Shown: positions 51,901-64,000 of the stretch, piece after piece
Position numbering within the stretch: the stretch's first letter is position 1
Layout of the letters: each line of letters begins with the position of its first letter
Source: Nageia nagi
Lineage: Eukaryota > Plantae > Pinophyta
Direction of reading: 5' to 3'
DNA length: 64,000 nucleotides
NCBI GenBank assembly: GCA_050084985.1
Contig: JBITNC010000001.1
Span: 158,410,001-158,474,000, forward strand
Position numbers and translations under genes: made by a program
The notes under the pieces: model-generated
The model's input: the letters and a program-made list of their open reading frames with translations, nothing else
Told to the model about the DNA's origin: nothing
Database searches by the model: none

Positions 51901-54900
51901 GTACTTAAGCTGTATGTGTTTAGTCCTAGAATGAAATGCTGAGTTCTTTGCAAGATGAATGGCACTTTGGCTATCACTGTATAGCGTCCCCATATCATGC
52001 TCCTTACCCAATTCACCCATGAACCTTTGTAACCAAATCATTTCTTTACTAGCCTCTGTAGCAGCAACATACTCTGCTTCTGTTGTTGAAAGTGCAACAA
52101 CACTTTGGATTTTGGAAAGCCAACTGACAGCTGTTCCACCAACACCTTTCAAAAAGAAGTTCAACCATCATAATAAATCTTATCCTTCTTTCTCCAAAAT
52201 GTTTGAGAAAAGAGGTAATGGCCATAGCAACAACAAGAACAAGAACAACAACATTAGAAATAATAACCATAGCAATAGAAATAATGACAACAACAACCAC
52301 TTCAAGCAAAGAGATGGAAAAAGCAAAGAAAATAATCCTTATCCTAAGGAAAAGTTTGATGGTAATTATGGCATCCAAGGTCACAAAGAAATTGATTGCT
52401 ACAAAAAGAAAAGAGAAGAAAATAACAAAGGTAATGAAAATGTAAAGAACTTCAAAGGAAAGAAGATTATTCATATTGGTTTTGCTGTAGTGCTCTACTC
52501 TATGTCTTACTCTTTTTTTGTTTGATTGGATTATTTATTCTGGTTGCACTAATCACCTATGGTTTGAAAAGAAAAAGTTTTAAAACTTTTGCAAGTATAG
52601 AAAAGATGCGGTTGTGATAGGTGATAACTCTACCCTTGAAGTCTAAGGAATTGGGAGTGTGTTGATTCATGAAAAGGTTCTTGAAAATGTTTTTTATGTT
52701 CCTAAATTAAGGATGAACCTTCTCTTCATGATCTAAGTTGCTAGAAAAGGGTACTCTTTTGATTTCAACTCTTAATATTGATGCATTAAGAAAGGACTTA
52801 CCACTTTGGTTAAAGGATCTATGAAAGATAACCTCTACATTATGGATCAAGTTCCATCAAATATGTGTCTTGCTTCTAGTGTGTGTTCTAGAGGTAATCT
52901 TTTGTACCATCATTTAGGGTACCTTAAACACAAGAGTATTCAAGTCATGAAAGACCAAGAACTTGTGGAAGGTTTGCCTTCAATTTCTCCTTTGGTTGGT
53001 CTATGCAAAAAGTGCATTCTTGACAAGATGCATAGATAAAAATTTAAAAAAGATAAGGCAACAAGAGTATCTCAACCTCTTCAACTTGTGCATTCAGATT
53101 TGATGGGTCCATTTCAGACTAAGTCACTTGGAGAAGCATCTTTGGTCTTAAAATTTATTGATGAATTTAGTAGGATGACCTTTGGGTATCTACTTGAGCA
53201 TAAAGATCAAACCTTTGAGAGTTTTAAGATTTTTTAAGGCCTTTGTTGAAAATTAAACTAACCTTAAAATCAAATTGAGATCAGATAATGGAGGATAATA
53301 TAATAGCAATCAGTTCAATGACTATTATGCTAATTATGAAATCAAGAGATAATTTACGATTCCTTACACTCCTCAGTAGAATGGTGTTATCGAAAGGAAA
53401 AATAAGATAATTATGAAGATGGCTAAATGCATGTTGAGTAATCTTCTTAGTTTTTTGTGGGGTGAAGCTATGAGCACTACTATCCCATAAAAGCTATTTA
53501 GAGTAAAATTCTTTTTGAGGCATGGTTAGGAATAAAACCTATCATTTTTCACCTTAAGGTGTTTGGTTGTGAAGCATTCTCCTACATTGTTTTTAAAAAA
53601 AGGAAAAAAATTAGATATAAGAGATGAAAAATGCATCTTTATGGGTTATGATAGTTAGCATAGAGGCTATAGGTTCTAATTTCCATCCTATAAAGTAGTT
53701 TTCATTTCAAGGGATGTAAAGTTCAATGAAATTTTTGAAGAATCTACTTCTAATAAGGATGTTGATGATCTAAAAGACTCTTTAGTTACACCTAGCTGGT
53801 TAGATATGGATGTAGACAAGTCACCTTAAAAATAAAATTCTCTAACATAAAGGGTAACAAGGAGCATGACCTTGAATAAATATTTATTTTTCAATATTGA
53901 CAACAAGCATGAGCCCTCATCATTCAATGAAGCTTCAAAGCATGAGTGTTGGATAGAATCCATGAAAGTGGAGTATTAGACGCTTATAAAAAATAAAACT
54001 TGGGACTTGGTTCCTTATCCCAATGAGAACAATGTGATTAGCAATAGGTGGATCTACAAGGTCAAGTTCAATTCAATTGAAGATATTGAGAAATACAAGG
54101 TAAGGTTAGTAGCTAAAGGTTTTGCTTAGAAATACAGTATAGATTATGAGCAAATATTTGCTCCCATGGCAAAGATGCTTACTGTTAGAATTATCCTTTC
54201 TTTTTTTGCAACTTAAAGATGGAAAGTTTTCCAACTTGATGTCAAGAGTGTATTTCTCAATGGTGACTTAGATGTGGAAATATTCATGAATCAACTAGAA
54301 GGGTTTATTATGGAAGGTAAAGAGTCCTTTGTGTGCAACCTAAAGAAGTCATTGTATGGACTTAAGCAATCACCTTAAACCTAGTATAGAAAGATTTTAA
54401 GATACTTTGCAGATATTAGATTCTCCAAGTATTTTTTTGGCTTTGATCTATATGTGCTCAATTAAAGAAAATATGTGGTCTTGATTCTCCTTTACATGGA
54501 TGATATTTTGATAATAAAAAATAATGATTAAATCATTCAAGAGTGAATATCCAAACTTAATACAACATTTGAAATGACTGATCTTGGTCTCTTGCACTAC
54601 TATATTGGAATGCAAGTGTATCAATATAAGGATTGTACTCACCTTAATCAATCTAAGTATATGTTAGACATCTTGTAGAAGTTTAGAATTGAATGTATAT
54701 ATGCTACGATCCCAATCTCTCCTAGAATCACTATTTCTATAAGCTCCAAATCTTAGTAGCTAATGCTACAGTTTATAGGCAATTAATTGGAAGTCTTTTG
54801 TATTTGATTATATCTAGACCAGATATTACCTTTGTAGTGAATTTAATGGCATGATTCATGTAAAAACCTTATGTTGAGCACCTTAATGCTATGAAGCAAA

Positions 54901-55466
54901 TTTTGAGATATGTTGCAGGGACTAAGGATCTTGCTCTCAAGTATTCTAAGTTACCCTCATTTGTTCTCTCTATATTCTCAAATTTTGACTATGGAGAAGA
55001 TAGAGATGATAGAAAAGCAACCTCTGCATATGTGTTTAGCATTGGATTAGGTGCTATCTCTTAGGATTCCAAGAAGCACCCTACTATTTCTCTTTGCACC
55101 ATAGAAGTCAAATACCATGCCATGTCTCTTGCTACCCAAGAAACTATTTGGCTAAGGCATATTTTGGAAGAAATTGGGTATGAGCATAGTGGTTCATCTT
55201 TGATTTATTCAGATAATTAGTCAACTATTTCTTTTGATAATAATCTTGTGTTCCATTAGAGAACAAAACATGTGGAAATCCATATCCATTTTATCAAGGA
55301 GAAGGTTCTTTATGGCATCATACACCTGGAGTATTGTCCATACACCTTGAACTCTACAAATTTGTTCACTAAGCCCCTCCTAGAAGCTCAGTTTTGTAAG
55401 CTTAGGGATGCTATCAGGTTGGTGAAGTTACCCTCAATGGGGGTGAAGTTTGAATTCTTATGTTGA
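48960..55466 (+). pseudogene. Copia gag-pol, many stops and frameshifts, interrupted at 49599-52144
   Basis: LDGSNFGIW gag start; IYSGCTNHL protease; QLVHSDLMGP and RSDNGG integrase; QLDVKSVFLNG and LLYMDD RT; RTKHVEIHIHFIKE RNase H. Confidence 0.9.
49599..52144. mobile_element. Chimeric 2.5-kb insert: partial LTR X (+), Tork-type gag fragment (+), and RNaseH-PPT-LTR-PBS-noncoding-PPT (-)
   Basis: Perfect TSD CCTTT (49594-49598 / 52145-52149); termini TGTTGG...CCAACA; gag ORF at about 50257-50525; LTR 51183-51660 with PBS at 51169-51180 and PPT at 51661-51671; second PPT at 50542-50552; RNase H ORF 51757-52144. Confidence 0.85.
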
Positions 55467-58400
55467 ATTCATGTTTGTGATGAAAAATTCACCCTTAACA
55501 GGATTTTATGCTGTATAGTGTTGATTTTATTGTACACCTTCATGGTAAGTTTGCTCTGCATGAGGAACTTGTACAAAATTTTTAAAACAAAAAGATTGGC
55601 CAATCTAGCACTATTTAGTTATCCATGTGTGATGAACTCTTATGTGTCTTTTGGCACTATTTAGTTATCCATATGTGAGGAACTCTTATGTGCATGCTCT
55701 ATTTTGTAATGATAATCAACACATATTTTATATATAGCAAGTGATTGAATTTTTGGCATGGCATCTTTGTGATGAATTATAGTGCACCATTGATCAGTTC
55801 ATGATTGAATTTATGTGATTCATCTATCCTTGATGAGATGAATATGTTGCATCTTACTAATCTTGTTATTTGATCTACTTATGAATTGTAGGTACCTTTG
55901 AGATTTGAGGTCACTTACCTTAGGTATGTAGGCTCTTAGAAACTCTTCATGACTTTCAGTTGGATGACTACTTCATGTACATTGAAACCAGTTATGGTTA
56001 ATGATTATATTTAGCAAAGTGATGAGTGTCAAACTAGATCTTTCTTATTTCACAAATATGTAAAAAGTTTTCATCTCCATTGTATCTATTTGGAGGAGAA
56101 CTCTCTTACTTTCTCTCTTCTTTCTCTCTTATTCGCTCTATCCCAATATTGCATTAAGGGGGAGTGTTGGAATGTATAATGTATTATTGTAATGGTTTTG
56201 TAATAATATTCCATGTAAGTTCACTAATACTTAAGGGTATCATTTGATATTTTAAGTATTTAGGTGAATATAATAATGTAATTTGTCCTACACTCCATGT
56301 CATGAGCATGCCTCTTAGGTAAAAGGATGTGCATGTTATATTTTGTACATTGGATAAAAGGGTGATCCAAAGAAGGATTTTGGTCTATAAATAGAGGGCT
56401 CCTTCTTTGTGATTACACATCAATTTGTGGAGTAAAGTTATGCTAGAGGATAGTGTTTAGGAGTTGAGATTAGGAGGATTGTAAGAGAGTTGTATTTGTG
56501 ATTGAAGTAAAGATATAGTTAGTGGATGTACTCCTAGTTAGAGGAACCACTTACATCTTGTGTTATCTTTGTGAGATTGCTTTTTGAGTTAGTTAGATGT
56601 GTTTTTTGAGCTTTCATGAGATCTTGGGGATATAAAGTTATTCAGTTTATAGTTCATCTCTCTCACATAGGAGATGTAGTGGAGGTTCCTTGTTGAGAAT
56701 TACCTTGAGGATATGGATTTTGAGGTGTATTTTGGATTTTTGGTGCTTAATAAAGATTTTGCATATTGTTGTGTGGAGCACTTTGGAAATTAGGTGGATT
56801 GGATATATTTTTGTGGTGTGTATTTTGAGGTTTGGGTTGGGTATGCATAAAGGTTTGACCAAGATCAGCCCAATCATCAAGATTAGCTTGATTTGATGTG
56901 TTTAGAATAGGTTTAGGTGTTCTGATATTAGGATATATTTTCCATGACACATGGTTGTGTGGATTTTGAAAAATATAAGTCGTATTGGTTGGTATGTTGG
57001 GTAAATTTTGATGGGTAACATGTTGGGAATAATTAGGCTAATTTGCATTTGTTTCCTTTTGGAATGAGGGAGATGTATTATGTTGCATAACATTTTGACA
57101 TTTAGGTGCTGCATTTTGAAAATATTATTATTCAAATTTGGGAGGTGGTTGGGGCATACTTGGTTTTTCTTAGGATAACCTCCTATCAAACAATTCTTGC
57201 TCTATTTGAATATTTAGTTGAAAATTTTGTAAATCAATATCTAGTTGCAAATTTTACACAATTGAAGGTCCTTTGGAGTGTTTTGGCACTTTGAAGGGGG
57301 GTTCTTGAATGGTAGGTAATCTACACTCTTATGGTGGAAACCAAACTTGGTCAATACTTTGTGCTATTAGAGGATTTAGAATGTTTTTTGGAGTGGATGG
57401 TTGTGGTGTTATAATTTGAACTCAGTTCATTGTCTCTTGGTACCAATTATGTGCATTAGGACCTTGTTTGCTAATTTTAAGTAGGGAGAGAGATGTATTG
57501 ACAACCTTTGGAGGCCCATTATCATCCATCACAACATACTTATAATGATCAAATCACATCAAAATGTTTCTATACATAAATTGGCCTTATGGAGAAGCTT
57601 GAGTTATGGGACCAACGATATTATGTGCTTGCTCCATTACCTTTACCATCTCATTAGGTTTAAGATGTTGAAATGTTTAGAGAGCTTTTGTAGAACTAAT
57701 AGGCTGATTATCCATAGTAAGAGTTGGCTCTTCCTTTATATCACTTGGATTACTCTTTTTCCTTTGAGCTCTTGTTTCAATCTTCCCATTATGGGATCTT
57801 CATACCAAACCAAATTCTCAGATGAATCGAACTCCATTTTAAAAGACTACCAAAAGGAAATTTTAAACACAATGAGCACAAATGAAACAAAACTTGCAAA
57901 ACAAAAATGGAAGTGAACACAAAACACCAATCTTACGATATATTCAAATTTAATCTTGCTTTAAAGTTGATGCAAATTACTCAATCACTTAAGATGAAGA
58001 TGCAAATATATATGAATAAAGCAATTATATGATAGATAACAATCTTTGATTATTTTTTCAATTACTTTTTGGTTCAATTTGACTTTTATATTGTTAATTT
58101 TGATATGGATAGGATATAAAAAGTGATGCAAATCCTTACCCGAATTAGAATGTTCCCTCTAGCTCCAAGGTGTAATGCTCAATTAGTTATAAGTCTCTCA
58201 CCAAAAGGAGAGATCTATAAAAAATATGCCAATCACCAAGGTGAAATTTGGAAACAAGCAGCAAAGAATGGATCCACACTCTAGACACAAGTGTGATCAT
58301 AACCTCTATATGTTTACAAGACTACACTTGGCTATGATAAGCCAAAAAATTCAGATCTATTACAAAATTAAGTTCACTGGTCCAAGGCATAGTTAAACTT

Positions 58401-60194
58401 ATGCATGGTATAACTATTTTTTAGAAAAAAAGCTCTCTATTTTTGGGCACAGTGGACTTGAGACTTTCTAGATGCTAAATTTTTATAGTTTGTAAGGCAC
58501 AGTGCACTTGTGAGCCTATTATCAAGGAGTAGTACACCTAGAAGATCACCTAGAGATCAAACAGTGTAAGTTTTGGGGTGTAGTGCACTTGGGGGCAAGG
58601 CATAGTATGCATGGGGCTTAGTTATTGGGGGCAATGTTCTTAGGTACTTATTTTTGAGGCATAGTGTTTCTAGCCCATTATGCATTTTGGACTTTGAAAC
58701 TTAGTCTGCAGTATCAATTTCTATTTTTAGGCATAATGCACCTATTACAAGGTGCATGTTGGATTGTGTTTGGGATAAAATTAAGGAGTTTGATCTTGAA
58801 AAACTTAGATATGATCCACCCTTCTCATAGGAATCTACTATCCAAGTTTTACTCAAAATTAATTATTTATTGTTCAAACTTTGCAAAATTACTCCATTTA
58901 GGTGAGTAAAATTCAAGAAACCAAGAATATCCAATTTTGAACAAAAACTTGAAAAAATGTGAGAAAGGTGAAGAGAACACCAAATTTAAAGGAGCAACTT
59001 GTTTTACCTAGGGTTCACCATTAAATGTAGCTCAAAATTCATGTTAATTATGGACTAAAATGTGTAAATAAGTTAGAAACACACATGAATTCAAGTATAC
59101 ATCATCTTATGATTTTCTTAATTTGAATTTGAAAAGATTATGCATAAAGATAGGTATGAAACTTCAAATAAACCTTAAAGAACTAGCAAGAATGTGAAAG
59201 AAACCTAAATCCATATAATGTGGATAGGGGGCCTCCAATTTAGGCCCCCTTAAGGCACCTGAATGAGCTTTAAGTGACTTTCCTCACTCTAAATAGCAAT
59301 GTGAGCCCCCTAGTTCCCAAATCAATGAAGACAACAAAGTATATGATGCCTATGATGTAAAGTATTATGCTTAAATATTGGTTTGATGGTTTGAAATATG
59401 AAATTTGTAATTTTAGGTGGATCTTCACATGTTTTGATGGATAAATATGAGATCTAGTGTTTCAAACCCTACCAAAGCTAAAATTGTATGAAAACATAAG
59501 ATCTTTACAAATCGTTGGATCTATGAGATCTAAGGATACCCATAAGAGCAAATGTAAGTTTAAACCATAAACTAATGCTTCTATAGATTTAAATTTAGTT
59601 TTATATGGTGGAAATGCAATTTAATATGAGTTTAACCTATCAAAAATGCTAAATGTGTGTATAAGTCTATTTGAGGATACAAAGGTGGATCCTCATAAGT
59701 TTTTCCATGGTTGAAATGTCTCCAATCCTACAAAAACCTTGAGTATACAAAATATATGCACTAATAGATCAATCCAACGATAAATTCACCATAAGAAGGT
59801 TACCTTGCACGTTTAGGAGCAAGCTTGAAGAGGATTGATGAAGAATTTTAGTTGAAACCCTTGATCCTTCAAACCTTAGCTTCAAAACCCTAGCATACAA
59901 TCTTGGAGAAAATTGATAGCAAAAATCATAAGTAATCAAGAAAAATAATGGTAGGAGAAGAAAATTCTAATTTTGCATTGAGTTATATACCTCCTTTGAC
60001 AACTTTAGTGAATATAGTTAGATACCCACTTTTGCACCTTTTTTGAGTTTAAGTCAATTTTGCTTCTTTTTCAAATACTTTAGATTTTGAGAATATATTT
60101 GAACACTATAAATTAGATAAAATAATGAATTAAAACATATCAATGTATTGAACTCAAATCATTCAAAAAGTGTTATTATTTGGTGTCTACACAA

Positions 60195-62493
60195 CTATCA
60201 TCTTTCTCCTATGGACTAGATCCTGCAAATAGTTATTGGAGCCTATTGCTTTTCAATGATTGATGAATTATCTAGTTTCAATTAGATATGGATCCAAGAT
60301 GAAGATCGGTATAAGAAAATATTTAACACCAAATGGGGCAATTTTCCTTTTTAAAGAATGCCATTTGGATTATCCAATGTTGGAGCAACATTTCAAAGAG
60401 CTATGGATCATGCATTTGGTGAGTTAATCAAAAAAATCATTTTGGTGTATTTAGATGATATTGTATTTTCTAAAGCTTGAAAGAATCACATTGATCATCT
60501 TTGAAAAGTGTTTGAAAAATGTAGGTAGTTTGGGATATCAATTAATCCCAAAAAGTTATTTTTTATGGTGAACCAAGGAAACTTGCCAGGGCATTTAGTC
60601 TCTAAAGAGGGATTGTCTATTGATCTAGATATAGTAAAAGCAATTGAAGCAATTCCTCTACCATAAAACAAGAAAGCCCTGCAATCATTTTTGGGATAAA
60701 TCAATTTTGTTAAATAGTTCATAAGTGACTTCTTAGGAATTGTTGCACTAATCACTACAATATTGAAGAATGATGTATAATTTTGCTTGTCTAAAGAAGT
60801 GAAAGAAGCCTTCCATAACATCAAAAAGGTGATTATTAGAGCACCAATATTGAAAAACCTATATTTTTATAAGGATTTTTTCATGTATGAATATGGAGTT
60901 GATAAGAGCCTAGCATCAACTCTTGCATAGAAAGGTGATAAGCAAGAATAACATCCTATTTATTTCCACAGTCAAAGACTACATGAACATCAACAAAGAT
61001 GTACATTTATAAAGAAGAAAGTCTTTGCAATTATGAAAGGTCTTAAGAAGTTTATACATTATGTATCCCAAAGTAAGAACCTAATATATACTATTCACAT
61101 GGATGTTAGAAGCTATATCACTCAAGATGAATTAGAAGAAGGGAAATTTAGATGGTCAATAAAAATTTGAGTTATGATGTTGAGATTAAACCAAGAAATT
61201 TGGTTAAAGAAAGAGGTCTATATGAAAAAATAGCTATGGTTGCTCAAGTTGTGATAATTATTGAACAACTAGATCCCCAAATGAACCTGGAAACTAATTG
61301 GATTAGATAATTATGCAACTATTTTAGGACCAATAAATACCTAAAATCTATAGATAAGTCATAAAGAAGGAGATTTATACTTCAAGCTTTAAACTATTTG
61401 ATGGTTGATGACCATTTATACCTAAAAAAACTTTGATGGTACCCTAATAAGGTGTGTGTCCTTGTATGAATCTCAAAGTATCCTATACCAATTTCACTAT
61501 GGGCTTTCTAGAGAGCATTTATTTGGATAAATAATGGCTACAAAGATCCTACAAGCTAGCTATTATTGGCCCACTATATTCCAAGAATCATTCAAAATAT
61601 CCTAGAAATATGAAAAATGTAATATATTTGTTTGCAGAAGAAGAAAGGCAATAATGCCTCTAAACTTGACAATTATAGAATAACCATTTCAATAATGGGG
61701 ACTAGACTTTATTGGGGTTATCAATCCAAATTCTTCTATTGGGAACAAATTCATCCTCACAAATACAAATTACTTTACAAGATGGGATGAGGAAATTCCT
61801 TGCAAAAATGTTGATCAACAATATGTGATAAGTTTGTTATAGAGATTAATCACCAAGTTCGATATTCCATAAACCAATATCTTAGATAATGGCCCAATGT
61901 TATTAGGAGAGAAGATATCAAAGTTTGTAGCTCAATATGGCATATACTAGAGAACATCTTCAAACTATTATCCTTAGGGAAATGGTATAGCTGAATCCAT
62001 AAACAAGAATTTCATAAGGATTATCAATTGGATGATAGATAACAATCAAAGGTAATGAAATAATAAGCTAGATTTAGCATTGTGGGTAGATAGAGTTACT
62101 ATCAAGGTTGCAATCAAAACATCTATCTATGCACTAGTGTATGGTAAAAGCTTTGTTTTGTTGATTCACATGGAATTTCATACCATGCAAATATTTAAGG
62201 ATATTCAAATTATTTTTATAGAGCATTTCAACATTGACAAAAGCTATTGAAGAAATGGTTTGATAAGAATAAGTTGTCTTGGGTTTCTTTTCAAGTTGGA
62301 GACTTGGTGTTAAACTGGGATGAAGATCAAGAAAAACCTAGAAAGCACCAAATATTTAATTCTTCCTAGTATGGATACTATGTGATCACCAAAATAATGG
62401 GGAACAATGAATTTAAGTTGACATATATTTTTGGACTCTAGGAGCTATTCATCTTAGTTAATGGGATCTGCCTGAAACACTACCATGTAAATT
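60195..62493 (+). pseudogene. Decayed Ty3/gypsy (OTA/Tat-like) pol: RT, RNase H, integrase
   Basis: RMPFGLSNVGATFQRAMD...VYLDDI, ALQSFLG*INFV, YYWPTIF, WGLDFIG.INP...NYFTRW, ending VNGICLKHYH. Confidence 0.9.
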
Positions 62494-63149
62494 GAAGTGC
62501 CAACTGACACATGCATAGTTGTATAACATTATAAATAGGCATAACATAGTAGTTAATAGGTTTAATTTAAATTTTGCATGGAATATTTATTTTTATGTTC
62601 CCAATCAACCAAGTCTTGCAAATTGATGACCAAAGACATCATTATATGATGAAGAAATATCTTAACCCTTCATATCACCACATATAATTAGATTGATGAT
62701 TGTCAAAATTGCTAAGCACTAAAACAATTGTTATCCATATTAATCTAGGAAAGATCTAACTTGAGTTCATTTATGCCTAATTCCTCTAATAAATCAATCA
62801 TCAAAGCATATAAGAGTTTCAAAATAAAAATTCAAAGCATTTGAATAAAGCATCATAATGTCCAATGTGAGGAATATCTGCAGATTATCCATAAGTGATT
62901 GAGATTAAATGCCAAGAATATATACAAAGAGGAGAAGCATCCATGTCATAGCTCACACAAAAACCCTTAGGAATGGGAAATATTATCAAAGTTCAAAAGA
63001 GACATACATAACAAAGGGAAAAATACTTGTTTGATAGCCTAACCTGGTTGGAATACTTGAAATGAAGAAGTCAAATATCTAGAGGATGGACCTAAGCAAT
63101 CCATATTGTATGATGTTTGGAAAGATGAGAGCATATATTATGCCATATT

Positions 63150-64000
63150 CCTTTTCTATTATATATTTTAGCTTGGCATACTATGTACCATTCCATACCT
63201 TCAACTGCATAGAATTTGTGGAGTAGGTATAAAAAATAATAAGGTTTAACACCATCCAAATATTGGGTTATTATGGCTACAAGCTTTTTATCAACTACAA
63301 ACCCTAAGGTCATCAATGAATATTTTTGTGTGCTAAAGAGCTATAAAAAGAAATATTAGAGACTAATTGACCTAGAAGCTAAAATATATAGGTGCACCAC
63401 CATAAACTATGATATAATAATGGGATTCTTACAAGATCAATATTAGGAAGTATTTTAAAAAGTAATCCTAAAGAATCTAGCTACAACCAACTTTAAGTAC
63501 CCAAACACCCAAGAAGTATTGACTATTTTGAGTGTGGTGATGGGGAAACAATTAGAAATTTGGATAGATCATGTCATGCTTTCACTTGCCTAGGTTATAA
63601 AGAAAGAAACATTCTATTTTGATTCTGAAAAATTTATTTATGATGGAATTTATTATCAACTGGCAAGGCTAAACAAGGGAGAAGAATTCTTGTACTCAAT
63701 TTACCTCATGTGCTTGGCCCTATATAAAAACCTATTTATATTTTTGAAGGTAATAATAAGTCCTCCAACACTCAATCATGGAATAGATATTAGGTGCCAA
63801 ATGCTGAGGAAAAATAATAGAGGCTCTCATATTATGAATTTGTAGAATATTTCCTAGCTCTAGCTTGGAAAGTAATTACTAGATCACCCCTTCCTTGACT
63901 TAATAAAAAATTCAAACTATTTCTTCAAGCTAAAGGAGAAGAAGTAGGAGATTGGTACTTCATGAAGAACTAGGAAATCATACTAGTATATGGATTCTTA
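63150..64000 (+). pseudogene. Decayed accessory ORF 3' of pol, resembling the solo-LTR ORF
   Basis: FDSEKFIYDGIYYQL...RFLYSIYLMCL resembles WWVGVISDALRY*L...RFYMNSYLVYL at about 30640-30740; runs off the window end. Confidence 0.55.

Larger units (their letters stand above)
45902..56665 (+). mobile_element. Ty1/copia LTR retrotransposon, full-length but decayed
   Basis: LTRs of about 500 bp at 45902-46400 and 56165-56665 (TG...CA); perfect TSD CATAG (45897-45901 / 56666-56670); PBS TGGTATCATAGC at 46403-46414; PPT TAAGGGGGAG before 56165; gag-PR-INT-RT-RH order. Confidence 0.95.
43990..60191 (-). mobile_element. Truncated Tat/Ogre-like Ty3/gypsy element (5' LTR, PBS, leader, gag), split by the copia insertion
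   Basis: LTR 59026-60191 (TGTAG...CTACA); PBS TGGTGAACCC (tRNA-Trp-like) on minus at 59011-59020; gag motifs FEVPKIDKF...DPKEHLRHF...LLRTFP.TL.GQAMNWY and CEFH....HSINHC at 44165-45450; N/Q/P-rich gag N-terminus at 56671-57850; nothing downstream of gag. Confidence 0.8.

Noticed and set aside
51959-52525. 188-aa ORF with an Asn-rich segment
   Set aside because: Crosses the insertion junction at 52144: antisense RNase H sequence fused by chance to the host copia gag linker and zinc knuckle.

Overview
AT-rich plant nuclear DNA; the element families and gene layout point to a gymnosperm (conifer-like) host, which is an inference. One intact host gene is visible: a two-exon CHCH-domain protein at 38641-39007 (+), probably mitoribosomal mS37. 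A decayed fragment of an ENF2/PotD-like gene lies at about 1479-1859. Most of the rest is nested retrotransposons: a gag-protease-only chromovirus-type LTR element (2538-7722, TSD TAGAT), a gag-protease-only Athila/OTA-type element with ~3.3-kb LTRs (8401-19087), L1 and RTE-X-like LINE fragments, a decayed Ty1/copia element (45902-56665, TSD CATAG) carrying a chimeric 2.5-kb insert, and truncated Tat/Ogre-like Ty3/gypsy elements. The most striking object is a 6.66-kb unit at 28161-34821 that behaves as a solo LTR. Both its ends are homologous to the ends of the 3.3-kb LTR, it has a near-perfect 5-bp TSD, and removing it restores the reading frame of the host L1. It nevertheless carries a decayed ORF of about 1,150 codons. 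The promoter of that ORF is flanked by 12 fixed-geometry 50-bp tripartite palindromes (GTCGCA-N13-GTGCTTWWGCAC-N13-TGCGAC). The related LTR family has a different spaced palindrome (AGGCGCA-N51-TGCGCCT). Hypothesis, untested: an LTR-encoded sequence-specific DNA-binding (transactivation or anti-silencing) system with family-specific operator arrays. All family assignments are from motif recognition by eye; no database searches were run.
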